This document shows, one piece after another, positions 1-8,412 of a stretch of 64,000 nt of DNA. The stretch's first letter is position 1. The number at the start of each line of letters is the position of its first letter. The translations under genes were made by a program, and so were the position numbers. A model generated the notes under the pieces. It saw only the letters and a list, made by a program, of their open reading frames with translations. It was not told the origin of the DNA and did not search any database. This DNA is from an uncultured Lentisphaerota bacterium (lineage in GTDB: Bacteria > Verrucomicrobiota > Lentisphaeria > Oligosphaerales > CAITYL01), in assembly GCA_903896595.1 (NCBI GenBank), contig CAITYL010000021.1:852-64851 (forward strand). Direction: 5' to 3'.

Positions 1-409
1 CCTGCAGGTAGGTGGAGCAGGTCTTGAGCCCGTACAGCCGGTACTGGCCGCACAGCGTTTCCAGTCCCGCCACCTGTTCCTCCACCCGGACGGACGGGTC
101 GAACATGGCGAAGGGAAACGCCCGGTCGCTCCGCTCGGGATAAATGTCGTAGATTTCCCGGAGCAGATTGAGGTTTTCCTTTTCGTAGGGATAGCGGGAA
201 CGCAACGCTGCCGGCACCTCGCCTGCCGGCAGGTGATAGCTGGAGCCAAAGGGGAACACCATGGCCCGGCCAACCCCGTGCCGCTCCATCCGCTCTGCCA
301 GGTCCTCGAAACTCATGGCGTACGGGTGCGAGTTCTCCATGTAGTTGGCATAATCCAACCCCACATGGACATGACTGTCGATCACACAAGGTTCCAGTTT
401 CATGTGCAT
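1..409 (-). CDS. amidohydrolase-family metal-dependent hydrolase (possible sugar lactonase), N-terminal part; gene runs off the left edge
   Basis: Own translation of the minus strand from ATG at 407-409: MHMKLEPCVIDSHVHVGLDYANYMENSHPYAMSFEDLAERMERHGVGRAMVFPFGSSYHL... A D-x-H-x-H metal motif sits at the N-terminus as in TIM-barrel amidohydrolases. Not in the ORF track because no stop lies inside the window. Confidence 0.55.
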   Translation of the reverse strand, partial: MHMKLEPCVIDSHVHVGLDYANYMENSHPYAMSFEDLAERMERHGVGRAMVFPFGSSYHLPAGEVPAALRSRYPYEKENLNLLREIYDIYPERSDRAFPFAMFDPSVRVEEQVAGLETLCGQYRLYGLKTCSTYLQ

Positions 410-520
410 GCCTTTCAATGCCGTACCTGGTCAGACTGAAGCTGTTTAGGCTGTAGGCTGAAGGTAATTACTAATTCAACTTTGTTAGCCCGGATTCTTC
501 ATGACCAAAGGACGATGTCC

Positions 521-597
521 ACTGTAGCAAAGCGATTGCATCGCGCTCTTCGAGTTGCCACGTTTCGATTGGGCGGGCTGCAAGCCCTTTGCTACAC
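521..597. repeat. repeat family B, copy 1 (inverted relative to 39160-39232)
   Basis: actgtagcaaagcgattgcatcgcgctcttcgagttgccacgtttcgattgggcgggctgcaagccctttgctaca is about 90 percent identical by eye to the reverse complement of 39160-39232. Confidence 0.8.
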
Positions 598-685
598 TCA
601 TATAATCTTGGTTGGATTCCTGATTCGTGTGCTCGTTGTCGTCCATCGTAGTCGATTCGATCACGACAACGAACACGATTTTTGG

Positions 686-912
686 GGGTTCCGCCCCAAC
701 GGGGCCAGGGAGGACAGCCCAGGGCAACGCCCTGGGGACGTATCCCCCCCCTCTTTTTTTTGCCGCCCTGAAAGGGCAAGGAAACGGGCGGTAACGAGTT
801 CTCTGCTTGGTTGGTTTTTTTTCCATTGCCCTTTCAGAGCGCAATCCATATTCTTTCATTCCCAGGGCGTTGCCCTGGGCTATTTTCCTGCCGCCCCGTT
901 GGGGCTCAAAAT
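686..912. repeat. repeat family A: ~225-bp nested palindromic element, copy 1
   Basis: Two ~90-bp arms, each built from hairpin modules CCCCAACGGGG, CCCAGGGCAACGCCCTGGG and GCCCTGAAAGGGC, in mirror order around a T-rich centre. Homologous to 55403-55600 in inverse orientation. Confidence 0.8.
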
Positions 913-975
913 CATCCCACCCCACCAGCGGGCCGAACAACCCATGCGGCAAAAGACATTCCGTTGTTTTTACCA

Positions 976-2337
976 TTACAGCAGCCGCTTGAACCCGCTG
1001 TGGGCGACGGGGCCGTGCAGTTGCGCCGTGACGGTGTCGGCTGCCAGGGCGGTTGCGATTTCCGCAAAGACGCCGTCGACCGCCGCTCCGTAGGCGTCCA
1101 GGATGGCCTCGGTGTGGGCGAGGGTCGGATAGAAGCCGGTGCCGGCCAGGAAGCCGCGCGCCAGCATGCCTTGGGTGAACAGGGTGCGCAGGGCATCCGC
1201 CTGGGCATGGTCAAAACGGAAATGCGACAGGCAGGGGTAGCCGCCGACATGGACCGGCAGGCCCTGCCGCGCGGCGCCCTCGCGCCACACCTGCTGCACG
1301 CGGGTGCCGACCCGGGCGATGTGTGCCGGCACGTCGGCGGCCTGCATCTTTTCCAGGGTGGCCAGGGCCGCGACCGGGCCGACGCCTTCCGTCCAGTAGG
1401 TGCTGCTGATGAAGGAGTCGTGTGCGCCGGCCATGGCCGCGCGGGTGCCGATGACGGACGCCATGGGATGGCCATTGCCGAGCGCCTTGGCGAACACCGC
1501 CAGGTCGGGGCTGACGCCAAATTTTAGGTGCGCCCCGCCAAAGTGAAGCCGCCAGCCGATGGTGATTTCGTCAAAGATCAGCAGCGCCCCGACCCGGTGC
1601 GCGCCGGCCTTGACGAACTCGAGAAAGCCCGGGGCCGGGTCCTGGGAGCGGCACGGCTCCATGACCACGGCGGCGAGGCGGGGTCCGTATTGTTCCAAAA
1701 TAGCGTTGAACTGCTCGCGGTTGTCGAAGGTGAAGGGGACGGTGGTGCCGCGGAGTTCGCGCGGCACGCCCAGCGGGCTGAGGCCCGGCAACAGATGGCC
1801 GCGGAGCGCGTCGCTGTCGCCCAGGTTGGCCGCCAGGTACCAGTCCTGCCAGCCGCTGTAGCCGCAAATGGCGACCACCGAGCGGTCGGTGGTGGCGCGG
1901 GCGATCCGCACCGCCACCGCGCAGGCCTCGCCGCCGCAGCGGGCGAAGCGCGCCTGGTCGGCCCACGGATGAATCGCGCACAGCCGGTCGGCCAGCGCCA
2001 CCTCCTCCGGCGGGTTCAAGGTGCACATGCTGCCGCTGCGGACCCGCCGGCAGACGGCGCGGGTGACGTCGGGGTCGTTGAAGCCGAGCAGGCAGGAACC
2101 GATCCCGTTGGTGGAGAAGTCATAGTAGTGCCGGTTGTCGAGATCCCAGATTTCGCAGCCGCTGGCCTTGCGGTAATAGGGCGGCCACTGGTCGGGCGCG
2201 AGCATTTCCGGGCGCTTGCTCAACAGTTGCGTGCCGCCGGGAATGCGCTCCTTGGCATGGCGGTAAAGCGTTTGGGTACGCGAGGCGTTCTTGTTCTCGG
2301 CGGATTGCTTCTTCATCATTGGTCTTTCCTTTTTCAA
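976..2337 (-). CDS. class-III PLP-dependent aminotransferase (glutamate-1-semialdehyde 2,1-aminomutase-like)
   Basis: 453-aa ORF. IPGGTQLLSKRPE, FDEITIGWRL and FAKALGNGHP (PLP-lysine context) resemble the HemL / class-III aminotransferase family. AAGGAAAG precedes internal ATGs at 2319/2316, so the true start may be 18-21 nt downstream. Confidence 0.85.
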   Translation of the reverse strand: MKKERPMMKKQSAENKNASRTQTLYRHAKERIPGGTQLLSKRPEMLAPDQWPPYYRKASGCEIWDLDNRHYYDFSTNGIGSCLLGFNDPDVTRAVCRRVRSGSMCTLNPPEEVALADRLCAIHPWADQARFARCGGEACAVAVRIARATTDRSVVAICGYSGWQDWYLAANLGDSDALRGHLLPGLSPLGVPRELRGTTVPFTFDNREQFNAILEQYGPRLAAVVMEPCRSQDPAPGFLEFVKAGAHRVGALLIFDEITIGWRLHFGGAHLKFGVSPDLAVFAKALGNGHPMASVIGTRAAMAGAHDSFISSTYWTEGVGPVAALATLEKMQAADVPAHIARVGTRVQQVWREGAARQGLPVHVGGYPCLSHFRFDHAQADALRTLFTQGMLARGFLAGTGFYPTLAHTEAILDAYGAAVDGVFAEIATALAADTVTAQLHGPVAHSGFKRLL

Positions 2338-2368
2338 GATCGTGGAAATTATGTTGTGGGTTAACGGC

Positions 2369-3490
2369 TTACGCGCTGATTCTGGCCCATTTCACGTTAG
2401 TGCAGTCCGTACTCGGCCCTGCATAGTAAACCACCAGGAACCCGCCGTCCGGCAAGGCGGCGATGGCGGGCAGGCCGACGGAGAACTTGCCCATCTCCGA
2501 CCAGGCATCGGCCATGCCATCCTTGCGCACGGTTTGGGTCGGCAGGACGCTCTCATAAATTGACAAGGCGGTTTCCTCCGGCCACGTGTGCCCGTTGTCC
2601 GCACTGATGCGGGCGCGGATGGCGGGGGCGGCGGTGCGGTCCACATAGACCATGGCCAGGCGTCCGTCGCGCAGGGGCACTACCGGCGCCGGCTGGCCCG
2701 GCACGCCCGTGTCCCACAAGGCGGACCAGGTGCGGCCGCCGTCGGCGGACTCGCCGGCATGGATGTTGAGGTAGGCGGCCGCCGCGTTGTCATAGGTCCA
2801 GAACAGGGTGAAGATCCGGCCGTCCGGGAGGACTTGGGGCCGTTGGTCCCAGTAGAACACGCGCGGATCGCGGGTGACCACACTGTGCCGGGGCCAGCTC
2901 CGGCCGCCGTCGCGGGAAAACATCAGGATGGAGCTGTGCACCCAGGGGGCGGTGTCATAATAGGACTTGTTGGTTTCGAACTGGCATACCCGCTCGCCGT
3001 CGGGCAGCAGCAGCACAGGTCCTGTGATCGGCGTGGGCATGTTGAACGGTGACGTGTCCATCAGCGCCGGTTCGGTCCAGCTTTCACCGTCGTCAGCGGA
3101 CTCCGCAAACAGGATTCGGGAGTCGAGCAGCCCCTCCGTCTGTTCATTAAAAAACGGCAGGGCCGGATCGGAATTGTCGACCCAGTAGAGCGTGGCGAGC
3201 ACCCGTTTCCCACCCAGGGCGGTCAGCCCCAGGACGCGAAACTGTCCCGGCTTGCCCATCACGACCGGCACCGCCATGAAGGGCGCGGTGCCATGGCTCC
3301 AGGTGTTGCCCGCATCGTCCGACATCATGAGCAGAACGCGCTGCCCCGTCTTGCCGCTCTTGCTGGGGGCGGCGCGGCAGCCCACCAGCCAGCGGCCATC
3401 CGGCAACACTGCGACCTGCGGGAACGCGCAGCTCTGCCGGTCCGTGCCCGGTTCGCTTCCGACCACGGTTCCTTGGGCGATGATTTTCAT
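2369..3490 (-). CDS. BNR/Asp-box repeat sialidase-like beta-propeller protein, no signal peptide
   Basis: Five S-x-D-x-G-x-T/S-W Asp-boxes: SDDAGNTWS, SADDGESWT, SRDGGRSWP, SADGGRTWS, SADNGHTWP. Start set to ATG 3490 (MKIIAQG) because GGGAGG lies 9 nt upstream. The ORF track extends to 3529. Confidence 0.8.
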   Translation of the reverse strand: MKIIAQGTVVGSEPGTDRQSCAFPQVAVLPDGRWLVGCRAAPSKSGKTGQRVLLMMSDDAGNTWSHGTAPFMAVPVVMGKPGQFRVLGLTALGGKRVLATLYWVDNSDPALPFFNEQTEGLLDSRILFAESADDGESWTEPALMDTSPFNMPTPITGPVLLLPDGERVCQFETNKSYYDTAPWVHSSILMFSRDGGRSWPRHSVVTRDPRVFYWDQRPQVLPDGRIFTLFWTYDNAAAAYLNIHAGESADGGRTWSALWDTGVPGQPAPVVPLRDGRLAMVYVDRTAAPAIRARISADNGHTWPEETALSIYESVLPTQTVRKDGMADAWSEMGKFSVGLPAIAALPDGGFLVVYYAGPSTDCTNVKWARISA

Positions 3491-3510
3491 TGGCCTGTGC
3501 CTCCCTATTT

Positions 3511-4443
3511 TCATTGCGTCACCGTCCACAGCGCCGGTGTGAGGACGGTCTCCGGGAGTTCTGGGACGGCCGCGTCCACGGCCTGGCGCATGTCGTCGGT
3601 CAACGCCCCCCGGCTGAACAGCGCCACATTCTCCCGCACCTGGGCTACCGTTTCGACGCCGGCGAGCACGCAGGTGACGCCCTCCTGGCCCAGCAAATAG
3701 CGCACGGCCAGCTCGGCCAGCGGCATGCCGGCGGACTCCGCCAGGGCGGCCAGGCGGCGGCGGACGGGCAGCACCGCCCGCAGCGGCTCGGGAACCGCCG
3801 CCTCGGGCATGAGCAGCAGCCCCTGCAGGTACACGCTCCGTACAAACACGGCCACGCCGTGGGCGGCTGCGGCGGCCAGCGTCCCGCCCCGCACGTGGCG
3901 GCGGTCCAAGATGTTGGTCGGGATCTGCAGGGCGCCCACCGCCGGCTGCGCGGCGAACACCGCCGCCGGTCCGGGATGGTTGTCGCAGGACACCCCGGCG
4001 TGTCCCACCCAGCCCTTGGCCTGCAGCCGCGTGAGCACCTCCAAGTATTGCGCATCGTTCTCGCGGTGAAACAGGACAACGGGCAGGCAGTCAAGCCGGA
4101 GCCGCCGCCGGGACTCCGCCACCGACTGCTCAATCGCCCGCGCGGCCAGCGTCGCATCGGCCAGTTCGTCGGCGGTCAGCGGCCGCACCTTGGTCACCAC
4201 CATGACGCGGTCGGCTGCGCCCAATTCATGCAGGGCGCGGCCCAAAACTTCTTCGCTGCTGCCGTAGGCGGCCGCGGTGTCGAAGCAGTTGACCCCGCCG
4301 TCGAGCGCCGCCGCCACGATGGCGCGGGCCTCCTCGTAACTGGGCTGCCCCGTGCGGTTGGCCACGCCGTAAGGCAGCCCAAACTGCACGGTGCCCAGCA
4401 TCAGGCGGGATAGGTCATAATTGGCAAAGCGCCGGGTTTGCAT
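3511..4443 (-). CDS. aldo/keto reductase
   Basis: 310 aa. LGTVQFGLPYG ... GVNCFDTAAAYGSSEEVLGRAL is the classic AKR N-terminal signature. Confidence 0.85.
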   Translation of the reverse strand: MQTRRFANYDLSRLMLGTVQFGLPYGVANRTGQPSYEEARAIVAAALDGGVNCFDTAAAYGSSEEVLGRALHELGAADRVMVVTKVRPLTADELADATLAARAIEQSVAESRRRLRLDCLPVVLFHRENDAQYLEVLTRLQAKGWVGHAGVSCDNHPGPAAVFAAQPAVGALQIPTNILDRRHVRGGTLAAAAAHGVAVFVRSVYLQGLLLMPEAAVPEPLRAVLPVRRRLAALAESAGMPLAELAVRYLLGQEGVTCVLAGVETVAQVRENVALFSRGALTDDMRQAVDAAVPELPETVLTPALWTVTQ

Positions 4444-4522
4444 AAGCGATTCCGTGAACGTCAGTCATCCCTATTTTCGAGATATCTTGACATATGCCGA
4501 TATATCTCGATCTATCCCGACC

Positions 4523-5302
4523 TCACTTCGCCGTGTACCCGCCATCCACCGGGAGGTTAGTGCCGGTGACGTAGCGTGACGCGTCCGCGGCCAGGAAGAG
4601 GATGGCACCCATGAGGTCGGTGTCGTTGGCGAGCCGCCCCAGGCAGGTGCGTTCACTGTAGTTGCGGACAAACGCCTCTGGCTGGCTGGGCGACCGCAAT
4701 CCGCCGGGATGGACGCAGTTCACCCGGATGCCGCGCGCCCCGTAATAGCTGGCGAAGAAGCGGGTCAGGTTGGTCATGCCGCCCTTGTGGAAGAAATAGT
4801 CCGGATACCAACCGTGCATCTCGGTGCCGCGGTAGTTCAACGGCTCGACCCCGACCAGCCCCATCATCGAGCCGATGTTGATGATCGAGCCGCCATCGGC
4901 CATCACTTCGCCCATGGCGCGGGTGACCACGATCAGCCCGGTGCCGTTGATGTGCATGCTCTCGTCAATCTTGGCGGCATCCTCAAAGACCCCCGTTTTC
5001 ACTGTCCGGGCGACGGCGTTGTTGACCAGGATGTGCAGGGCACCGCTTTCTTTTTTGATGACGTCCCGGACGGCCAAAATGGAGGCCTCGTCGCCCTGGT
5101 CCAGGCACAGGGCGCGCACATCATGCCCCTCGGCGCGGTGTTCCGCCGCCACCGCCTCCAAGGCGTCGAGATGCCGGCTGGCGATATAGGTCCGGGCGCC
5201 GGCCTCCGCCAGGGCGCGCACGATCTGGCGGCCGTAACCGCCGGCGCCGCCGGTCACCAACGCCACCTTGCCGCGCAGGGAAAATAGGTCGAGAACCGTC
5301 AT
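4523..5302 (-). CDS. short-chain dehydrogenase/reductase (SDR)
   Basis: 259 aa. Shows GKVALVTGGAGGYGR (TGxxxGxG), NNA and YFFHK (YxxxK) motifs. Confidence 0.9.
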   Translation of the reverse strand: MTVLDLFSLRGKVALVTGGAGGYGRQIVRALAEAGARTYIASRHLDALEAVAAEHRAEGHDVRALCLDQGDEASILAVRDVIKKESGALHILVNNAVARTVKTGVFEDAAKIDESMHINGTGLIVVTRAMGEVMADGGSIINIGSMMGLVGVEPLNYRGTEMHGWYPDYFFHKGGMTNLTRFFASYYGARGIRVNCVHPGGLRSPSQPEAFVRNYSERTCLGRLANDTDLMGAILFLAADASRYVTGTNLPVDGGYTAK

Positions 5303-5303
5303 G

Positions 5304-6203
5304 TTATTTGCCTCCGTACAGGGTGGTTACCGGTTGAGTGGTTGGGTGGTTGAGGGGTTGGGCGGGTGTTGGTTGAGGGGTTGAGGGGTTGGGCGGTTGA
5401 GGAGTTGACGGTGGCAGGGTGACGGCGGCGGCGTCGCGAAAGGCGGTGGTCATGCTTTTGCAGTACTCGGCGAGCCCGACGACATCCGCGCCGAGATTTA
5501 GGAACCGAAACCCCTGGGCCAGCAGTTCTTTGACGTTGCCGGGGCCCGACACGGTGCCGGCCACCTTGCCGTGCGCCGTCGCCGCTTCAACAACCCGCTG
5601 GCGCGCCGCCAGCAGCTGCGGGTGATCCCATTGGCCGGGGGCGCCGATGGCGTGGCTGAAGTCGCCGGGACCGAAGAAGATGACGTCAATGCCCGGCAGC
5701 GCGGCAATGGCGTCCAGCTCGGCCAGCGGTTCGGGATCTTCGATCTGCACCACCACGAACCGCTGCTCGTTGGCCTGGCGCAGGTACTCGCGGAACTCGA
5801 TTTCGCAATAAGCGCCGTCGGCGTTGCCGCCGTCCACCGGGCGCCGGCCGACGGGGTGGAACCGGGTCATGCGCACCACCGCCTGCGCATCGGCCAGGCT
5901 CATGACGTGCGGCACCATGATGCCGGCGGCATCCAGCTCCAGCGGCCGCACATGGTCGCTGTAACTGCCGCGCGGCACCCGGACCATGACGTCCACGTTT
6001 TGGCTCTTGGCCGCCCAAATGCAGGCCTCCAGCGGCGCGTAATCATTGGCGACATGCTCCTGGTCCAGCCACAGGCAGTCGCAGCCGCACATGGCCGCGA
6101 TCTCCGCCGCCCGCGCATCCGCCAAATTCATCTTGAAGGTCAATGCCGCGCCACCCGCCCGCAGCTTCGCCAATACCCGACTCATTCGCATCTGCATCTT
6201 CAT
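5304..6203 (-). CDS. HpcH/HpaI family 2-keto-3-deoxy-sugar-acid aldolase with a Pro/Thr/Gln-rich C-terminal tail
   Basis: FKMNLADARAAEIAAMCGCDCLWLDQEH ... VRVP ... VQIEDPEP ... IDVIFFGPGDFS match the HpcH/HpaI aldolase pattern. AAGGAG lies just upstream of ATG 6203 (alternative 6197 or 6233). The last ~40 aa (PPSTPQPPNPSTPQPTPAQPLNHPTTQP) are low complexity. Confidence 0.8.
   Translation of the reverse strand: MKMQMRMSRVLAKLRAGGAALTFKMNLADARAAEIAAMCGCDCLWLDQEHVANDYAPLEACIWAAKSQNVDVMVRVPRGSYSDHVRPLELDAAGIMVPHVMSLADAQAVVRMTRFHPVGRRPVDGGNADGAYCEIEFREYLRQANEQRFVVVQIEDPEPLAELDAIAALPGIDVIFFGPGDFSHAIGAPGQWDHPQLLAARQRVVEAATAHGKVAGTVSGPGNVKELLAQGFRFLNLGADVVGLAEYCKSMTTAFRDAAAVTLPPSTPQPPNPSTPQPTPAQPLNHPTTQPVTTLYGGK
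5331..5410. repeat. G-rich imperfect tandem repeat (unit about GGTTGAGGGGTTGGGCGG) inside the 3' end of the aldolase gene
   Basis: ggttgagtggttgggtggttgaggggttgggcgggtgttggttgaggggttgaggggttgggcggttgaggagttgacgg on the plus strand. Encodes the PSTPQP tail on the minus strand. Confidence 0.8.
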
Positions 6204-6293
6204 TGTCTCCTTTTTGCCATCATTGAAAACCATGTGGGGCTCTGCCCCAGGCCCCGCTCAAGGACCCAGTTCCTTGAGAATCTTTGATATCCG

Positions 6294-6384
6294 ATTTTGC
6301 GAAGGGCGGGCTTGGGTGCCGCATTCCGATGCCCCGTCTGGCGTTGTGGCCTCCCACGGCACCCAAGCCCGCCCTTCGCAAAAT
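6294..6384. repeat. 28-bp perfect inverted repeat with a 35-nt loop
   Basis: attttgcgaagggcgggcttgggtgccg (6294-6321) is exactly complementary to cggcacccaagcccgcccttcgcaaaat (6357-6384). Lies between the oxidoreductase stop and the aldolase start. Confidence 0.9.
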
Positions 6385-6478
6385 GGAAGGTCTCGGGGAT
6401 TCCAAAGGGACAGGTCCCTTTGGCAGGGGCCTGGGGGCGGTGCCCCCACATCGCTTTAACTAACAGTTGATTATGGAA

Positions 6479-7450
6479 TTACTCCGGGGTGATTTCGGTG
6501 AGGGGGACGATACGGCCGCCATCATCGCGGCTGCGGATGCCGGCGATGACCAGTTGCATGAGTTCGACGGTTTCCGTGAAGGGGAACGGGCGTTTGCCGG
6601 TGCGCAGATAATCAACAAAGGCCACCAGCTGTGCCTTGAACGAGTAAAAGGTGTCCGAGAACGGCACCGTCACATGGCCGGCGGTGCCGCAGAGCTGCAG
6701 GATGCCGAAGGCGCCGTACATGTCGTTGATGGCGGCCACCACCACGTCCGCGCCGCAACGATGGGTCAGGTGGACGATGTTCCGCTCTGGCGTGCCGGTG
6801 TTGCGCACCGTGAGGAAGCCCGGCCCGAGAATGGGATAGATCCCTTCCAGCGCGTGGATGCCATAGCGTTCCCAGCTTTTGGGCGTGGTGATGGTGGCGA
6901 AGCGCAGGGCGCCCAGTTCATGGGTCGAAAGCCGGTAGGGCAGGAACTCCTTGGCATAGCGCATGCAGCTGGAGGACAGGATGGCCTTGCCGTCGCGCCC
7001 CCAGCCGGTGACGGTCTTGAGGTCGGCCTCGTTGTCCACCATCGGCTTGTCGATGAAGATCGGCAGGCCGGCCTCGACGAACGGCCGGCAGCGGGCCACG
7101 TGTTCGTGCCCCTTGTCGGTGGCGACGATCACCGCGTCCACCTGGCCGATGACGTCTTCCGGGCGGGTCACGACATGGGGGATGCGCGAGGCCTTGGCGA
7201 TCTTGGGGGCGTCGGCCGGGTCGTCGGTCCAGACATGCGTCACCTGCGCCCCGGTGATCCCGAAGCTCTCCGCCGGCTCCTTGTTCAGGTAGGCGGGAAT
7301 GCCCGCGAAGGGGCAGGCGGCCATGGCCTCGCGGTCATAGCCGTTGAACATGGCGCTCCAGGAATAGGGATGGCCGTTGCCGTCCACCATGCCGAGCATG
7401 GCCAGGCGGATCGGCCGGGTCGCGACGAGAGGTTGGGGGGGAGTTGTCAT
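6479..7450 (-). CDS. Gfo/Idh/MocA family oxidoreductase
   Basis: 323 aa. IRLAMLGMVDGNGHPYSW ... VDAVIVATDKGHEH ... GLPIFIDKP is typical of the NAD-binding Rossmann fold of this family. Confidence 0.8.
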   Translation of the reverse strand: MTTPPQPLVATRPIRLAMLGMVDGNGHPYSWSAMFNGYDREAMAACPFAGIPAYLNKEPAESFGITGAQVTHVWTDDPADAPKIAKASRIPHVVTRPEDVIGQVDAVIVATDKGHEHVARCRPFVEAGLPIFIDKPMVDNEADLKTVTGWGRDGKAILSSSCMRYAKEFLPYRLSTHELGALRFATITTPKSWERYGIHALEGIYPILGPGFLTVRNTGTPERNIVHLTHRCGADVVVAAINDMYGAFGILQLCGTAGHVTVPFSDTFYSFKAQLVAFVDYLRTGKRPFPFTETVELMQLVIAGIRSRDDGGRIVPLTEITPE

Positions 7451-7479
7451 GTTTTTTTGTATCCCTTCATTGGGTTCCT

Positions 7480-7554
7480 GTTTGTTGTACCGGCTTCAGC
7501 CGGCGAGGGCGGACCGAAAAGCAACAGCCCCGACTAAAGTCGGTACAACGAACC
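7480..7554. repeat. repeat family C (outer stem enclosing two tetraloop hairpins), copy 1
   Basis: GTTGTACC-[CCGGC ttca GCCGG]-...-[CCGAC taaa GTCGG]-GGTACAAC. Reverse complement is about 88 percent identical by eye to 63843-63915. Confidence 0.85.
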
Positions 7555-7595
7555 TGAGCCTGCATTGCGAGAATGTCTTTGATGTGGAACTGGTG

Positions 7596-8261
7596 CTAGG
7601 CGGTGTCTCTCGGCGTGCGTCGCGGTTTCTTTGGTGTTTTGGGAAAGCTCAGATGGTCGGTGATGAGCCGTTCGGCGGCGTCCGCATCGTGTTGTTCCAA
7701 GGCGTTCAAAATCGCCTGATGTTCGCGCACGGTTTCGGCATTGGCGGCGCGGATTTTGGCCGCGGGAATATCCGGGGCGTTTTGGCCGACCTGGAGCAGA
7801 CTGATGTTGACCAGGCGGACCAGCCAGCGGCCGTGTGCCGCTTCCAGCAGCCGCACATGGAACTCGCGGTCCGCCTCGGAGAAGCGGAGTCCGGCGGGGT
7901 CGTCCGCTGCCAGCGCCCGCCGCATGTTCACCATGGTTTCGCGCAAGCCATTCAGATCCTCGGCCGTGGCCCGCACCGCCGCGCGGCGGGCGGCATAGCT
8001 TTCCAGGCGGAGCCGGATGTCGTACAACTCGTCGGTTTCGTCTTCATCCGGCTGGCGGATGAAGAACCCCCACTGGGGGGCGTGCTCCACCAGGCCCTCC
8101 TGGGCCAGCTGGATCAGCGCCTGGCGCACCGGCGTCCGGCTGGCACCCACCAGCTCGCCCAGCTTGCGTTCCACCAAGCGCTCGCCGACTCGCCGTTCCG
8201 GCGCCAGCAGGTACGCCTTGATTTTTCGGTAGGATTCTTGTTGTTGGGTGGTGAGGTGCAT
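7596..8261 (-). CDS. GntR family (FadR/FCD-type) transcriptional regulator
   Basis: 221 aa. Winged HTH GERLVERKLGELVGASRTPVRQALIQLAQEGLV followed by a helical FCD-like domain. Sits directly upstream of the catabolic operon on the same strand. Confidence 0.85.
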   Translation of the reverse strand: MHLTTQQQESYRKIKAYLLAPERRVGERLVERKLGELVGASRTPVRQALIQLAQEGLVEHAPQWGFFIRQPDEDETDELYDIRLRLESYAARRAAVRATAEDLNGLRETMVNMRRALAADDPAGLRFSEADREFHVRLLEAAHGRWLVRLVNISLLQVGQNAPDIPAAKIRAANAETVREHQAILNALEQHDADAAERLITDHLSFPKTPKKPRRTPRDTA

Positions 8262-8369
8262 GGGGGCCTTGGTAGGTTGTTTAGGCTGTAGGCGATTAGG
8301 CTATTAGGCCGGACTTATCCATAGAAAACGGATTGGTGACTGCTGATGAATGAACTTTGTCGCATGTGG

Positions 8370-8412
8370 TTTCTTGCTACAGCCTAACCGCCTACAGTCT
8401 ATTCACCTGAAT
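8370..8412. repeat. 43-bp identical segment marking the tandem duplication (copy 1)
   Basis: tttcttgctacagcctaaccgcctacagtctattcacctgaat is identical at 10283-10325. Spans the 3' flank and stop region of each paralog. Confidence 0.9.

Noticed and set aside
471-1093. Several overlapping 60-240-aa ORFs on both strands
   Set aside because: The region consists of repeat families A and B. The ORFs translate palindromic repeats and have no coding features.
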